Below, one piece after another: positions 13,516 to 25,500 of a DNA stretch of 64,000 bases. Under the pieces are notes generated by a model that saw nothing but the letters and a program-made list of their open reading frames with translations, searched no databases and was not told the origin of the DNA. The first letter of the stretch is position 1. Each line of letters begins with the position of its first letter. The DNA is taken from the NCBI GenBank assembly GCA_016748015.1, contig JAAOMT010000239.1, forward strand, positions 96,356 to 160,355, in the 5' to 3' direction. This stretch comes from Geosiphon pyriformis uo1. Lineage: Eukaryota; Fungi; Glomeromycota. The position numbers and the translations under genes are program-made.

Positions 13516-14559
13516 TTAACTTAATGCTCCCAATAATTCAGCTAAACTTGTCTTCGCCTGTAACCTTTTATTCTTTAAAGCACGATGATACCACAACAAA
13601 GCTTCATGCAAATTTCGCTGAACTCCAATCCCTTGTTCAAAACAAGTTGCGTATCCTTGTTGTCCTTCTGAATTTCCACTAACAGCTGATATGCGAAACC
13701 AATGGAATGCCCGCTTTTTATCCATTTTTCCATCCACTCCGCCATCAGAAAACGTCTTCGCTAATCTTACCTGAGCATTAGTATTTCCATTCTCGGCCGA
13801 CTTTAAATACCATTCCCTGGCAGTATCCATCTGCCGCTCATCTTCATGAAAAAATCCTAAAGCCAATTGACCAACAGCACTCCCACCTCCAGCAGACCTT
13901 AGGGCCCAATACCATGCTGATCTGTAACATTTTTGCGTGCCTGTACCAGTCGCATAGCAGTACGCCAGATTATTCTGTCCTGCGGCTGAACCAGCGTCTG
14001 CTGATCTTTGAGACCATTCAAATCCCAGTTCAGAACTTTTTTCCGTCCCAATTCCATCCAAGTAGCAAAGTGCAAGTAGAGCTTGTGCTGTAGGATCTTG
14101 ATGCGTTTCTGAACAACCTTTATAAAGGTTATAAGCCGCTATTTCATCCACGGCCGTACCAATTCCACGTTCATAAAAACATCCGAGAATGATTTGGAAT
14201 ATGACGTCATGATCTTGATTGGCTATTAGGAAGTTAAGAATGGTGCTATGTGTATAGGTTGGATATTGTTTCTTGAGAAACGTGTTAAGCGAAGGTATAA
14301 ACATATCTTTTTCGCCACGGTCTACAGATTTAAAAAAGAATTGTTTTAGGTCTTGGCCGAATTTTGAGATGGTTGAATTCATTGTTGTCGTTGGATCATT
14401 ATCAAGACAATTATTTAAAGAAACATCTAAGCTGCTGATAGAATTATTATTGTTATTATTTTCACTATTTTCATTGTTGATCATCGAATTCATAGTTTCG
14501 AAAATATCTGTGATTTCCTCTGGTGAATTTGTGATATTATAATTGATTAGTCCGGGCAT
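13516..14559 (-). CDS. Sel1-like repeat (HCP-like) protein, 347 aa, intronless
   Basis: About six SLR repeats (LGCFYERGIG, AQALLALCYLDGIGT, GQNNLAYCYATGTGT, WYLKSAENGNTNAQVRLA). The ATG of MPGLINYN at 14559 is the likely start. N-terminus is Asn-rich. Confidence 0.92.
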   Translation of the reverse strand: MPGLINYNITNSPEEITDIFETMNSMINNENSENNNNNNSISSLDVSLNNCLDNDPTTTMNSTISKFGQDLKQFFFKSVDRGEKDMFIPSLNTFLKKQYPTYTHSTILNFLIANQDHDVIFQIILGCFYERGIGTAVDEIAAYNLYKGCSETHQDPTAQALLALCYLDGIGTEKSSELGFEWSQRSADAGSAAGQNNLAYCYATGTGTQKCYRSAWYWALRSAGGGSAVGQLALGFFHEDERQMDTAREWYLKSAENGNTNAQVRLAKTFSDGGVDGKMDKKRAFHWFRISAVSGNSEGQQGYATCFEQGIGVQRNLHEALLWYHRALKNKRLQAKTSLAELLGALS

Positions 14560-14973
14560 TATATTCCTCAATTTTTCAAAGCTGTGTATATAAGTATGGA
14601 TTACTCGGAAAAGAATACAGTATTTTGAAATCATTCAATGCTGTTCGACTTTTTACTTGATTTGCCGTTTCACAATGTTAGTTATGCGCCACATTTCTGC
14701 AATAAGTACAGATGATCGATCAAAAATACACTGTTATTGGAGATTTGGGTCTTGATAAAGTTAGACTGAGATATGTGGCTTTAGGAATTGATGTTGATGT
14801 TGATATTGATTTTTATGAGTTTCATTAAAGCGGCTCATAATATCAGTGAATATTCAGATCAAATTTTTATATATATGGTAAAGAAATTATTTGTCAATAT
14901 TTTATGCCTATATTTTCTGGAAATTTTAATTATTAATAAGATATATACATATAAATGTATATATCTTACTTTG

Positions 14974-15973
14974 TTATATCTCATCAGTATTGTTTTCTAA
15001 ACCCTGGAAAAGATCAAACAAATCATCCCTCGTAGACATACACCCATTTCGTAGCGATCTCCATTTCCACTTCAGACTTTGATGAACATCTGATAGCGTA
15101 CCTTCACCGAAATTCCAAAATAGGCCTAAATCACCTTGCAACACTCCCATTTCTATAATAATCTTTTCTCTACAGTCCATCAAAACTTTTAGGTCTGATT
15201 TTTCGAATTCTATTCCGTCCTCTCTTAATAGTTTATCAATTTTTTTAAGTTTAAAATGTGTTTCTGCTTCGGCTTCGCGACAGTAAAGAAATGCTAGACG
15301 ATCTTCTTTTTCTTCCAGCTCGTAGTAGCTTTGTAGTTTGAATTGAAGTGGGTATGAATCAGCTGGCAGGATTTTTGCTTGGCATTCTTGTAATTTTCCT
15401 AAATTGACGGTCTTTTCGTTTTCTGGGTTATGGTACCAATATACCGATCGATCGGTAGGCCAATTGTCCACACGGATACGGTCACCGAGAGCACAAGGTT
15501 TTTTGTATATCACTCCAATTCCTTAGTAGATAAATATTTTTATTAATACAGTTTGGCATCATCAGATCTGGAATCTTTCGGAAATTCTAAACCACAAAAA
15601 ACAACATAATTAACTAAATCTTCTCCAATTATACGAACCATAACAATCGAAAAATTCGAGCAAACAATCCATTTCCTCTGTCAAAATTCCCTTATAGGCT
15701 AACAAAATCCCATAAGCACTATATTCAGTCAATTCCGGTTCATCAGCAATCCATTCTTTCAAGATTTCGACAATATAATAATCGTCAGGAGCATATTCCT
15801 TCATAATTTCAAATAGTTTATTAAGACGTTTCATAAGTTTTACTTTATCATCATCCATCATCAAAGATTGTTTGGCCGCAACTGTGGAGGTGATACTGTG
15901 TTCATATGAGCTTGATTGAGGATCAAATCTAGAATGGGTTGAAATTTTTAGAGCTTTTTTTAAAGTATTTCAT
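14974..15973 (-). pseudogene. Divergent Sel1/HCP-like paralogue, frameshifted
   Basis: Two ORF halves (15610-15864, 14974-15513) separated by stops; the upstream ATG at 15973 is out of frame across an A-run. The C-terminus LGLFWNFGEGTLSDVHQSLKWKWRSLRNG parallels the last SLR of the neighbour (YATCFEQGIGVQRNLHEALLWYHRALKN). Confidence 0.55.
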
Positions 15974-18900
15974 AAGAATAAAAAGGAAAGGGTCGAAGTT
16001 TAAGTGGAATCGATCACAGGACAATAGATTTTATAAATAAATATCGTCATACTTGTCGTGTTACTGTTAATCTGATCTAAGAGTTTTTAAACTCCGATTT
16101 TAAATAACGTGACTGCAGTTTACTCTTTGATTGAATTAAATATTCTTTTCCTTGCAAAATATTAATTAAAATTGTTACATAATAATAATAATCAAAAAAA
16201 TTTTTAGTCAACATTTTATAATCTGTGAAATAGTTTTTCATTTTGGAATGAATTAACATATATGAATTAATAAGTAATATTTAAATTTTATAATTATTTT
16301 ATCAATTATATATTAGCTATTTATATAACATTTTAAAATTCATTGTTGATTTGATCATTAACGTAGTTTTTAATTTAATCACTGATTTTTTTTACTTTAA
16401 TTAAGAAATAATATTTAAAAAACAATATTTTCTGTATCTTTAAATTTCTTTTTTTAAAGAATTAATATCTTAAAACTGATTTCGTCTTATTGAATAAGTT
16501 ATATATTTAATTTGCTTTCTTTTTCATTGTCTTTAGTTCTCTTGTTTTCTATTATTTATCAATTTATTTTGATCTATAACAATTTTGTATATAACTAAAA
16601 GAAACCAGTTGAAATTATCATAATAAATGTTTTTATTTTATATTATTTTACTTTAAACTATTATATTTAACACTTATTTTATTACTTAAATAATACTTGA
16701 GTATTTTAATGTTAATTGTGTGTATATTTTAATTAGACCAAATGTTTCTATTTCAAACTATATATTTTATTTATTGTATTTAAAGTCTGCTAGAAAATTT
16801 AAATAAGTGTTTACTATCTACATGAATTGAATTCGTTTTAGCATATTATTTAACCAAAGTTTTAGCTGATTAGTATAAGACGAACAATATAAAGAATTAT
16901 TTGTATATAATATGAAACCATGTTTCAAATGATATTACAATTTAGACGATTAAATTTCTTATTTTATTTTAATTTAGATGCACGAGGGTATTTAAGACTT
17001 TAATAATATATGATGACCATTTTTACTTAATCCTGTAACGGTAAAAAGATTTCAATAGAAAACTAATCTAATTGATTTAAGATCGCTTAAATATTTATTG
17101 AAATTATTTAATGCCTTTTGGTTGCACTAAATAATACTCTAAAATGAAAAGTTTCCAATGATGCGATATTAAAAAAATTTTAAGAAATTAAAATTAAATA
17201 ACTTTCAATATTGAATATTTATCATAAAGCTTTTATAACATGCTTAATATTTTTTTATTATAAACATACATAAAACTGTATTATAATAAATTTTGAATAA
17301 ATTTTTCAATTGCAGGGTGTATAATAATAGATTAAAAAAAAATATAATTTTAAAACTGATGATTTGTAATAATCTTTTATAAAATTATTCATTTTTTCTT
17401 AACATTTTCTAAAAACAATTAAATATATAAAAAACCTAATAAACAATTACTTTTTATCAGATTCGAACTAGAATTTGTATTAGTGTTAAAATTTTTGATA
17501 CGCATTTATCTAAAGCTAAAAAGGCTATTTAAACTCCTAAATTTCTGACAAAATTTCTCTACATGATTTAAAAACATTTCATAAGTAATTTAACCAGATT
17601 TCAAAGTTATTGTAATTCAAATTTTGTTTTGCTTAAATAACTTGTAAAACATATCAGAACCAATTTTCTTTCTTATTCATAAGGCATTCTTATATATTTT
17701 TGAAAATATCTAAATTTTGTTTTATTTTTTTGAAAAAATTTAAAATTGTTAAATAAATTTCAACATGTTAACAATATAATATATGAATTTTTTTTGCTTA
17801 TATTATTTTCAAATTATTCATGAGAACTAAAGTAAATTTTTTTAAAGGAATGTAGATTTGGTAACTCTAAATTATTTTCAAGCTGATATATAATGTTAAA
17901 ATGCTATTTGCTTATGCTATTTGAAAGTTGTAAAAGATAAAATATTTTTATTATAAATTTTAAATATGCAGAATTGGCAATTATAAATTTGGTTAATTTA
18001 AAATATTTAAAGATATTAAACAATAAAATCAAAAAATGTCAAGATCGAAGGTCATTTGATGAAACCCCAATTATATAAACGAAGTGACTTGTAAAAATAC
18101 ATTGAAAATTTTATTTGAGTAATTTCCATTTAGTTTTCGTTTTATTAAATTGGATAAATCAATTTCTTATTCAATATATTTAATTTTAATAAATTATTTT
18201 TTAATTAGAGTGTGCTTAATACTTTTTTAAATTCATAAATTTAAATGAATGAGTTACTGAATTTTTAAATTCTTCTAATTTCATTCATTTTTGATCTAAC
18301 TCATTAAAAATAATTTCTAATTAATTAATAATTTTAATAATATTTTGAATCTGTTTATATTTAATTAACTTTTATTTAATTTTCAAATAACTTTTCAATA
18401 TTAATCCATTTCATAAATTTTCTCATTTGATTCTAATTTTTTGAAATTTAAAATACATTAGTCATAAATTTGCCTATTTCATAATTTTGATATTTGCTAA
18501 AACTTTAGTATGCGGCTAATATATTTATAATAGATCCTAGAGAAAGTAATAGCGGACGGCTTTTTTTGGCTTACACAGTTTTTCAAACATAAACCAAAAA
18601 AGATTTTTTATTTAAGATACTTTTATATGTATTTTATAATATATATAAAAAATAATATAAAATATAGCCTCTTACTTTGATATTGGCTGTTATAATGAAA
18701 TAATTTCTGTGCGTGATTGCGAGAAAACAAGCTTATAAACGGCTAAGACGATAAAATATCAGAAACTTGATTTATTTACATAAAATCTAATATAATTTTT
18801 TTTTGATTTTTATGTTGAAAAAATCGATTTCCTATTAATAAAATACATATTGCAAACATTTTAATATTTTTTAATGATAAATTATGTAATTCAAAACTTT

Positions 18901-19466
18901 AATTACATCATATTAAATATGAAAAAAAGCAATCAACAATTATTAATAAAAAGAACTGATTTTAATAAAATAAATAAATAAAGTTCAAATAAATAAAAAC
19001 TTGAAAATATATTTAACTTTTTAAAATTAAAATAATAAAACGAATTTATTAGCAAGTTTTTCTGATTCATATTTTTTTACTAATTAATGTTTTATCAATT
19101 ATCGTATTTCTAATATTTGATACATAATTCGTCATATATATTCACAAATGAAATTTTATGATACAAAATAATTAGATATATATTTCATATTTTAACTTTA
19201 TCTAATCGTGTTGTAATTAATCAATATAATATAAAATGATTATTTTAACCCTAATAAATAATAATAATAATATAAACATATTTTATAATTGGTTTTAAGA
19301 AAGCATAAAAATGCAAAAATGATGATTCGAGTGAGCCTGATTTATTGTTAAAAAATTAATACGGTCAAGATGACTCTAAATCTGTGTATGACTTCCTTGC
19401 ACACCGTGTGACTCACTTACACTTATATAAACCCAATAATGGGTGTTCTTATAAATTAAAATTATA

Positions 19467-20720
19467 ATGCAAGATCAATACCACAACATTCCAAAATTCC
19501 TTCTTCGTAATTTTGCTATTAATAATTATGAGAGAATATTTGTGAGCAGTGTAAAGCTATCTAAACAGAAAAAACATAAACGGAACTTTGAAAATAGGAA
19601 TAAGGAAGAAGCACTACTTCAAGTTTACAATAGAGCTATAGGTCAATTGGACGTTTCGTTGGCCGCGAAAACCTATGGATACCAAGACATGTACAAAAAT
19701 CTTAATCATGAAAACGCGATGCACTTAGAAGAAAAACTGGCAAAACTTGAAGAAAAATGTTCAACAGTGGTCAGAGATATTATAAAAGCATCTCAAGTGA
19801 AAAGTCAGGTCGTTTTGCTCAGGAGAGACCTTGAGAATCTACGCAAGTTCCTCTTTATCATGAGCTATCGAAACCGTTCTCGATGGTCCCAATATGCCAA
19901 TGAAGATTTTGATTTATTCACTTGGTCGATGGTAATTGACTTTATGCGACAGAATAATTTAAAAAAGGCTCAAGAAGTGTGGTTACAGAATATCCAAGAA
20001 ATACTAGAGACCCCGCATGAAGAGATCAAAGACAACTTGCGAATTTTTTTGATAGATAGGGCAGAGTACGACACACGCATGGTTCAATGTTTTCTCGTAA
20101 TTTGGCAAGCTGGTGAAAATGACGAGTTTATACTAACCAACAACGGATTTGGAATCTTCGAAGGAACGAACAATTCCCTTGGGATTTTTGGTCCATCTCA
20201 ATTTGCCTATCATTGGTTTTACGTCATCTCTCCAAAGCTAGTGTTGGTTCTCTGTCATCCTTTATTCCGAATAGATAATGGACTCGACATTATTGAAAAA
20301 GAGCTCGAATTGAGACGTTCGATATTTGAACATGTTTCTCATAAACCAGCGACTCCGAAATATGCAGCAATTGCAAAACATGTGCCAATTCATAAATTTG
20401 CCAGACGGGAGGATGACACATTTACTTTTCCCTTTGTCAAAGTCGATTCGGCCACCGTTCATCTTGTAAACTCTGTCGTGCTTAATGAGGCTGAACCAGA
20501 CCTAGTTCTGGCTTTCCTTTCCCGTTCGTGGCTCTATAAGACAGTTGTTAAATACCATAAAAACAAGAAAATTGGTCTACAACACGACTTCTCAAGTTTG
20601 AAAAGGAGGTTGTTCATGGTGTTAAACAAAACTCACGAGGAAAACTTGAATCTCCGGAGAAACATCCCGGTTGGCGGCATATGTAATTGGAATGTGTACG
20701 TGATGAGTTCGGAACCCTGA
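19467..20720 (+). CDS. DUF4238-domain protein, 417 aa, intronless
   Basis: N-terminal QYHNIPKFLLRNF (family motif qHyiPxflLrxF), LEEKLAKLE helix, LRKFLFIMSYRN, EFILTNNG and FYVISPKLVLVL motifs. TATA-like TTATATAAA ~40 nt upstream. Confidence 0.8.
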   Translation: MQDQYHNIPKFLLRNFAINNYERIFVSSVKLSKQKKHKRNFENRNKEEALLQVYNRAIGQLDVSLAAKTYGYQDMYKNLNHENAMHLEEKLAKLEEKCSTVVRDIIKASQVKSQVVLLRRDLENLRKFLFIMSYRNRSRWSQYANEDFDLFTWSMVIDFMRQNNLKKAQEVWLQNIQEILETPHEEIKDNLRIFLIDRAEYDTRMVQCFLVIWQAGENDEFILTNNGFGIFEGTNNSLGIFGPSQFAYHWFYVISPKLVLVLCHPLFRIDNGLDIIEKELELRRSIFEHVSHKPATPKYAAIAKHVPIHKFARREDDTFTFPFVKVDSATVHLVNSVVLNEAEPDLVLAFLSRSWLYKTVVKYHKNKKIGLQHDFSSLKRRLFMVLNKTHEENLNLRRNIPVGGICNWNVYVMSSEP

Positions 20721-21463
20721 TTAGTATCAATCGCATGAGGAGGATATTGCATATATTGTGCTTTTTAATTTTTGAACAGGAGGGTTTATAAGGCTAGCAT
20801 AATGACATGTAGAATGAACCTACCTATTTCATATAACATATGTCCATTAATCTATTAATGGGACAAGGTATTATTAGTGTTATTTTCTTAGCTAGTTTTC
20901 TATATAATTAAATTTTTTATGTGTAACTAACTATCTACAGATTGAATCTCAGTTCCATAATTGGAATTTTTGAATTAGGGCTTTGTTTTTAAAATTAAAT
21001 TTATGAATAAAAAACAATTTTTTGTATAATTATTTTTCGAAAATCAATTTGGCAAATTTTTAACTTTGACAGAAGCGAAGGGGAACACCAGTTTGGCGAT
21101 TTCCCTTGCATTGTAATGATCATTGCATCAAAAGTATTTAACGACTTCACAGTTCGATTTTGGGTGAAAAGTAGATGTAACCAAAAATAACATTTACGCG
21201 TCGACCTTGCTGCAAGGAGGTTGGTAACGCGACAAATTTACTAATGGTGTTGCGACCATTATTTTCTGCCAAGACTGTAATTAATTTTTAGTTATCAATT
21301 ATTAATTTATCTACTTTCGACCTATACCGAATAAAATAGGAGTCTAGCCTTTAAAATATTAACACATAAAAGTTTTCAAAAGAAGCTCTCCTTTTTCGAA
21401 TTTCGAATTTTCAAGTTATTGATAAGACTTACAAAATAATAACTATTTGAATTTATCAACATC

Positions 21464-22500
21464 ATGGGAAACCTTGAAATCAAAAGAACTCGTGCAAAAG
21501 CTCATAATTGCAATTAGTGTTCAACCTGTTAAAAGAGCATGTCAATTCATATTTTCAAAAAAAATTGCAAATACTTTTCAATTAATTAATGAAATAATTA
21601 AGAATTCAATCTATATATTCACCTAATGATGAAGATATAAATAGTAGAATCTATAGTGGTAGAGTTAATTTTTATGAATAAAAGTGAAGCAAGTAGCAAA
21701 AATTTTATAAAGGCATCTTTAAAACACTAAAAAATCTTTAAAGAGGCAATAAAATTTACTATTATATATATTTATCTGAAAGTTCAATGCTTATTTATAT
21801 TTTTTTTATTTTTAATAGCTGAATATTTATTCATTAGAAATAGTTTAGGTCGCATATCTGAAATAATAGGGATTACGCAAAAATGCTAAAACACTTAATA
21901 ACAGGATTGTGATGAAGTTTGCTTAACACGGAGCCTTGCGAAAATATATATCCAAAAATTATTATTCTATTCTTTAGTAAAATAAATTAATGATCGCGTA
22001 TACTATAGCTGAAGGACTTGGTAAAATTTGTTCTGCTGGTATGGTTATCTCGGGCAACATCTTACAATATAAAACTTATGAAGCAAAAATTTGTGACCTT
22101 GATTTATGTTAATCAATACAGAAGGAGATAATAAAATCAGGAACAGTAACAGCAGGAGCAGGGGAAAAAGAAATATTTGGAGTAATTATATACATCCCAC
22201 TTATTCTACCTTGCTATGCTAAACTCATTGGAGAATGTTGGAATGTTAATTCATTCAATCGGCCTACTACTCGAGAAGTTAAAGAGAATTTGAATGAGAT
22301 TCAAAGATTGTCTCGGAATAAGTCGTTAAATGAGAGTCTACAGTTTTTAGAATCAGGAAAGTACATAAAAGAAACGGCGGAAGCAACGACGTGACAAAAA
22401 ACACTTCAACAACAAAATTGTTCAAGGATAAAAATCACCCAAGTACAATTTATACAGGTCGTCTCTTAACTTTGCAATGAATTGATGAATCAAAAGGTTT
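21464..22500 (+). pseudogene. TKL kinase pseudogene with internal deletions
   Basis: Starts MGNLEIKRTRAKAHNCN*CSTC (cf. MENKEIKRTTRPEAHDCNECQRC). Remnants SGNILQY, AKICDLDLC, KEIFGVI, AKLIGECWNVN..RPTT and HPSTIYTGRLLT. Many stops and frameshifts. Confidence 0.85.
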
Positions 22501-22549
22501 TATTTTTATTTAGGTTTGTTTTGATTAATTTATTAATTTAATTATTACA

Positions 22550-25500
22550 TATTAAAATTTTAATTTACTATTTTAAAGAGTTGGTCTATAATATAATTTT
22601 ATACAATTTTTTAACAATAGTTGATTTTTCATTATTCTATTTTTATTTTCCCACTTGTGAGTAATACAAAAGGCTATACTTTAAAGTTGGAATCTAATAA
22701 TAGGTATTATTAAAACATTTCTAACTATTAGAATTAGATCAATCATTTATATATTTAGTGAACTTTCTTTGATTAATAAAAGTTAGATTATAGTTATACT
22801 TAGATATGTATATTAGTATATTTAAAATTTTAATCTTAGACAATATTAGCAAATTAAACCATTTGTTTATATAAGTATATTAAAAACATGAATTTTTTAA
22901 TCTCATATTCATAAAATGCATTTTTTGTTTAAAATTAAATTTTGAAATTTTTTTAAATATACAAGTATTATTTTTTTCATTTTGTTTTATTTAAAAATAT
23001 AATAGAGAGCTTTTAAAATCTTCTTTTTATGATCAAGATTTTAGTCCTAAGCACCAATTAATGATTAATATAAAAATTTTAGCCTCTGAAGTTTGTTTTC
23101 ATGTTAAATTTGACAACAAAAAAGTTATGTTCTGAAAGTTACATCGCTTTTGATGTTTTCGAATAGGGAAATTTATATCATCTAAATCTTAGTGTTCTAA
23201 AGCTCTTGAAATAATTGCTTTAATATATTAACAATCCATAAATCACTCTCAGTAGTATTCAAATATTTATAATCAATTTTTTAATTTTGAGCATAATTTA
23301 CTTGAGCTTTCTCATGCCTTATAAAAAACAACAACAAAATATTTTCACAATATTATATAAAAATGAGAAAAAAATGTTAAATTTATAGACACACTTTGCA
23401 TAATAGTGCAATACTCTTTAAGAGATTATTCAAAAATTTGCATTTATTAACTAAGCAATTTTTCAATTTCAATAGGCAAATATTCAAAAAGTTATGTTCA
23501 TTGGGAGAATGAAGTTATTCAAAACCCTAATAAAACTCAAATACAAAATTTATTAATATGAAAGATATACATTTTATCATAATTTACATTTGAAGAATGT
23601 TGTATAATATAATCTTTGATTTTATAAGACAGTAAAAAATGAAAAAATAGCTGAAAATGGTATATTCCGAATAGTTTAGAAAAACAAAGTTTACAAGAGG
23701 TAAAATTTATAGATTTTCAATTTTAATATGCCTTATATGATTTTTCTTATAATGACTATTCTAAATCATAAAAGATTTAAATCTTTCTACTGTCGAAGAA
23801 GTTGTTGGAATTTTTTAAGATGTATGTAACAAATCTATAAATAAGATTCTAGAGAGCCAAATATCAAAGAATTAGGTAAATTTTTAAAGAACAATAGACC
23901 AATTAAATCTTTAAACATTCTCACAAGCAGTATATTTAAGCCAGCTTTTAATTTTGCGAATAATTATTTTTTCAAAGAGTGTTTGAATAGGCTAAACATT
24001 TATTTAGCTTTGAAATTTTATATTAAATAAAATAGCATATTTTTCTGAATATAAGCAAGAAAGAATTTAAATAAAATATCTGTAAATTTATTAATACTTA
24101 TTGTATTATCTATTATCATTAGACAATCTAATCGTAATTGTGGATTAGAAATATGTATTTAAAATTCCTAAAAGAGAAAGAGTATTTTTTAAGATAATTC
24201 AATTAATTTCAATAAAAATAATATTAAAGTTGTTTAAAATAAAATTTCTTAAGAAAATCTTAAGTTTTAGTTAGGATCTAGATTTTTATTAATAAAAAAT
24301 AACTTATTTAAATATATAAATAATTTAAAAAAAATTCTAATTTAATTTTAATTGGCTCTTTAAAATATTAACAATAAATTAATTATTTTAGCCTGTTATA
24401 TTACTTGTAAAGAGTAAATAGTAAAATAAACAATCAGATAAATATTATTCTAGATTTTATTTAACTTTGTTATCTTACAAATTCTTATTAATAATTAATT
24501 AAAAATTATTTGCAAAATAAAATCTAGTTAAATTAGAAATTATTATGCATTTATTTTTAATATCTAATAACATTTATTTTTTTAGTTTTAATTATTTTTT
24601 ATGTTAAATAAATTATTACATTTGATGTTTTCATTGTTTTATATTTTCTAAAGATATTTTAAAGTTTTTATTATCAAGTTATTACTTTTTACTAGTTTTA
24701 TACAGGTTTTTAATTTTAAAAACTGTAAACTTTTATTTAAAACTTATTTAAAAACAATTTCATAGCCTTTGTCAACTTTTTTTCAACTTTTTTAATAGTA
24801 CTATAATTTTATTAGATTTTAATACTTTTTATAAATTTAATAATACAAAATAAAATAAAACCAAAGTAATTTTAAGTCTTTTACATTTAAAATAGCCATT
24901 ATAAAAAGTTAATTATGTTTATATTTCTGAATAAAAAATATTACTGTCGTTAATTTATATAGTAACATATCAAAACTATAAACATTACAAGTTATTATAA
25001 ATGTTTTTCTTCTTAAAACTTTTAATATATTATATAAAATTATTTTTTTCTGCTTTTTTTTTGTTTTATTGTTTACTATATTATAAAATATAAATTATAA
25101 TTAATTATATTAGCAGAATAAATTTATAAAAAGTTTTTAATTATAAATTTTATAATCTATAGTTTGTTAAACTAATTTACAAAATAAATAATTTCTAACA
25201 AATATTTCTATATATTTTTAATAATAATAATAAAATTTTTTTATGTTTTGCAAAAATTTTTTATAAATTTTATTGCTAGTTTTATATTTTTTTGCATCTT
25301 TTATATTTTATTTTATTATAATGCTTTATATTATTTAAATTTATTAATTTATTAAATTAGATTGCTTTTTAAATTGCAATAAAACTTTTTTTTTAATATT
25401 TAACAAATATTTTTATAGAATTCAAAAGTAATAATTAAGAAAATTAATTTTTTTTAAATTAAATTTTTAAATATTTTATTGATTGTTTTATTGTTATTTG

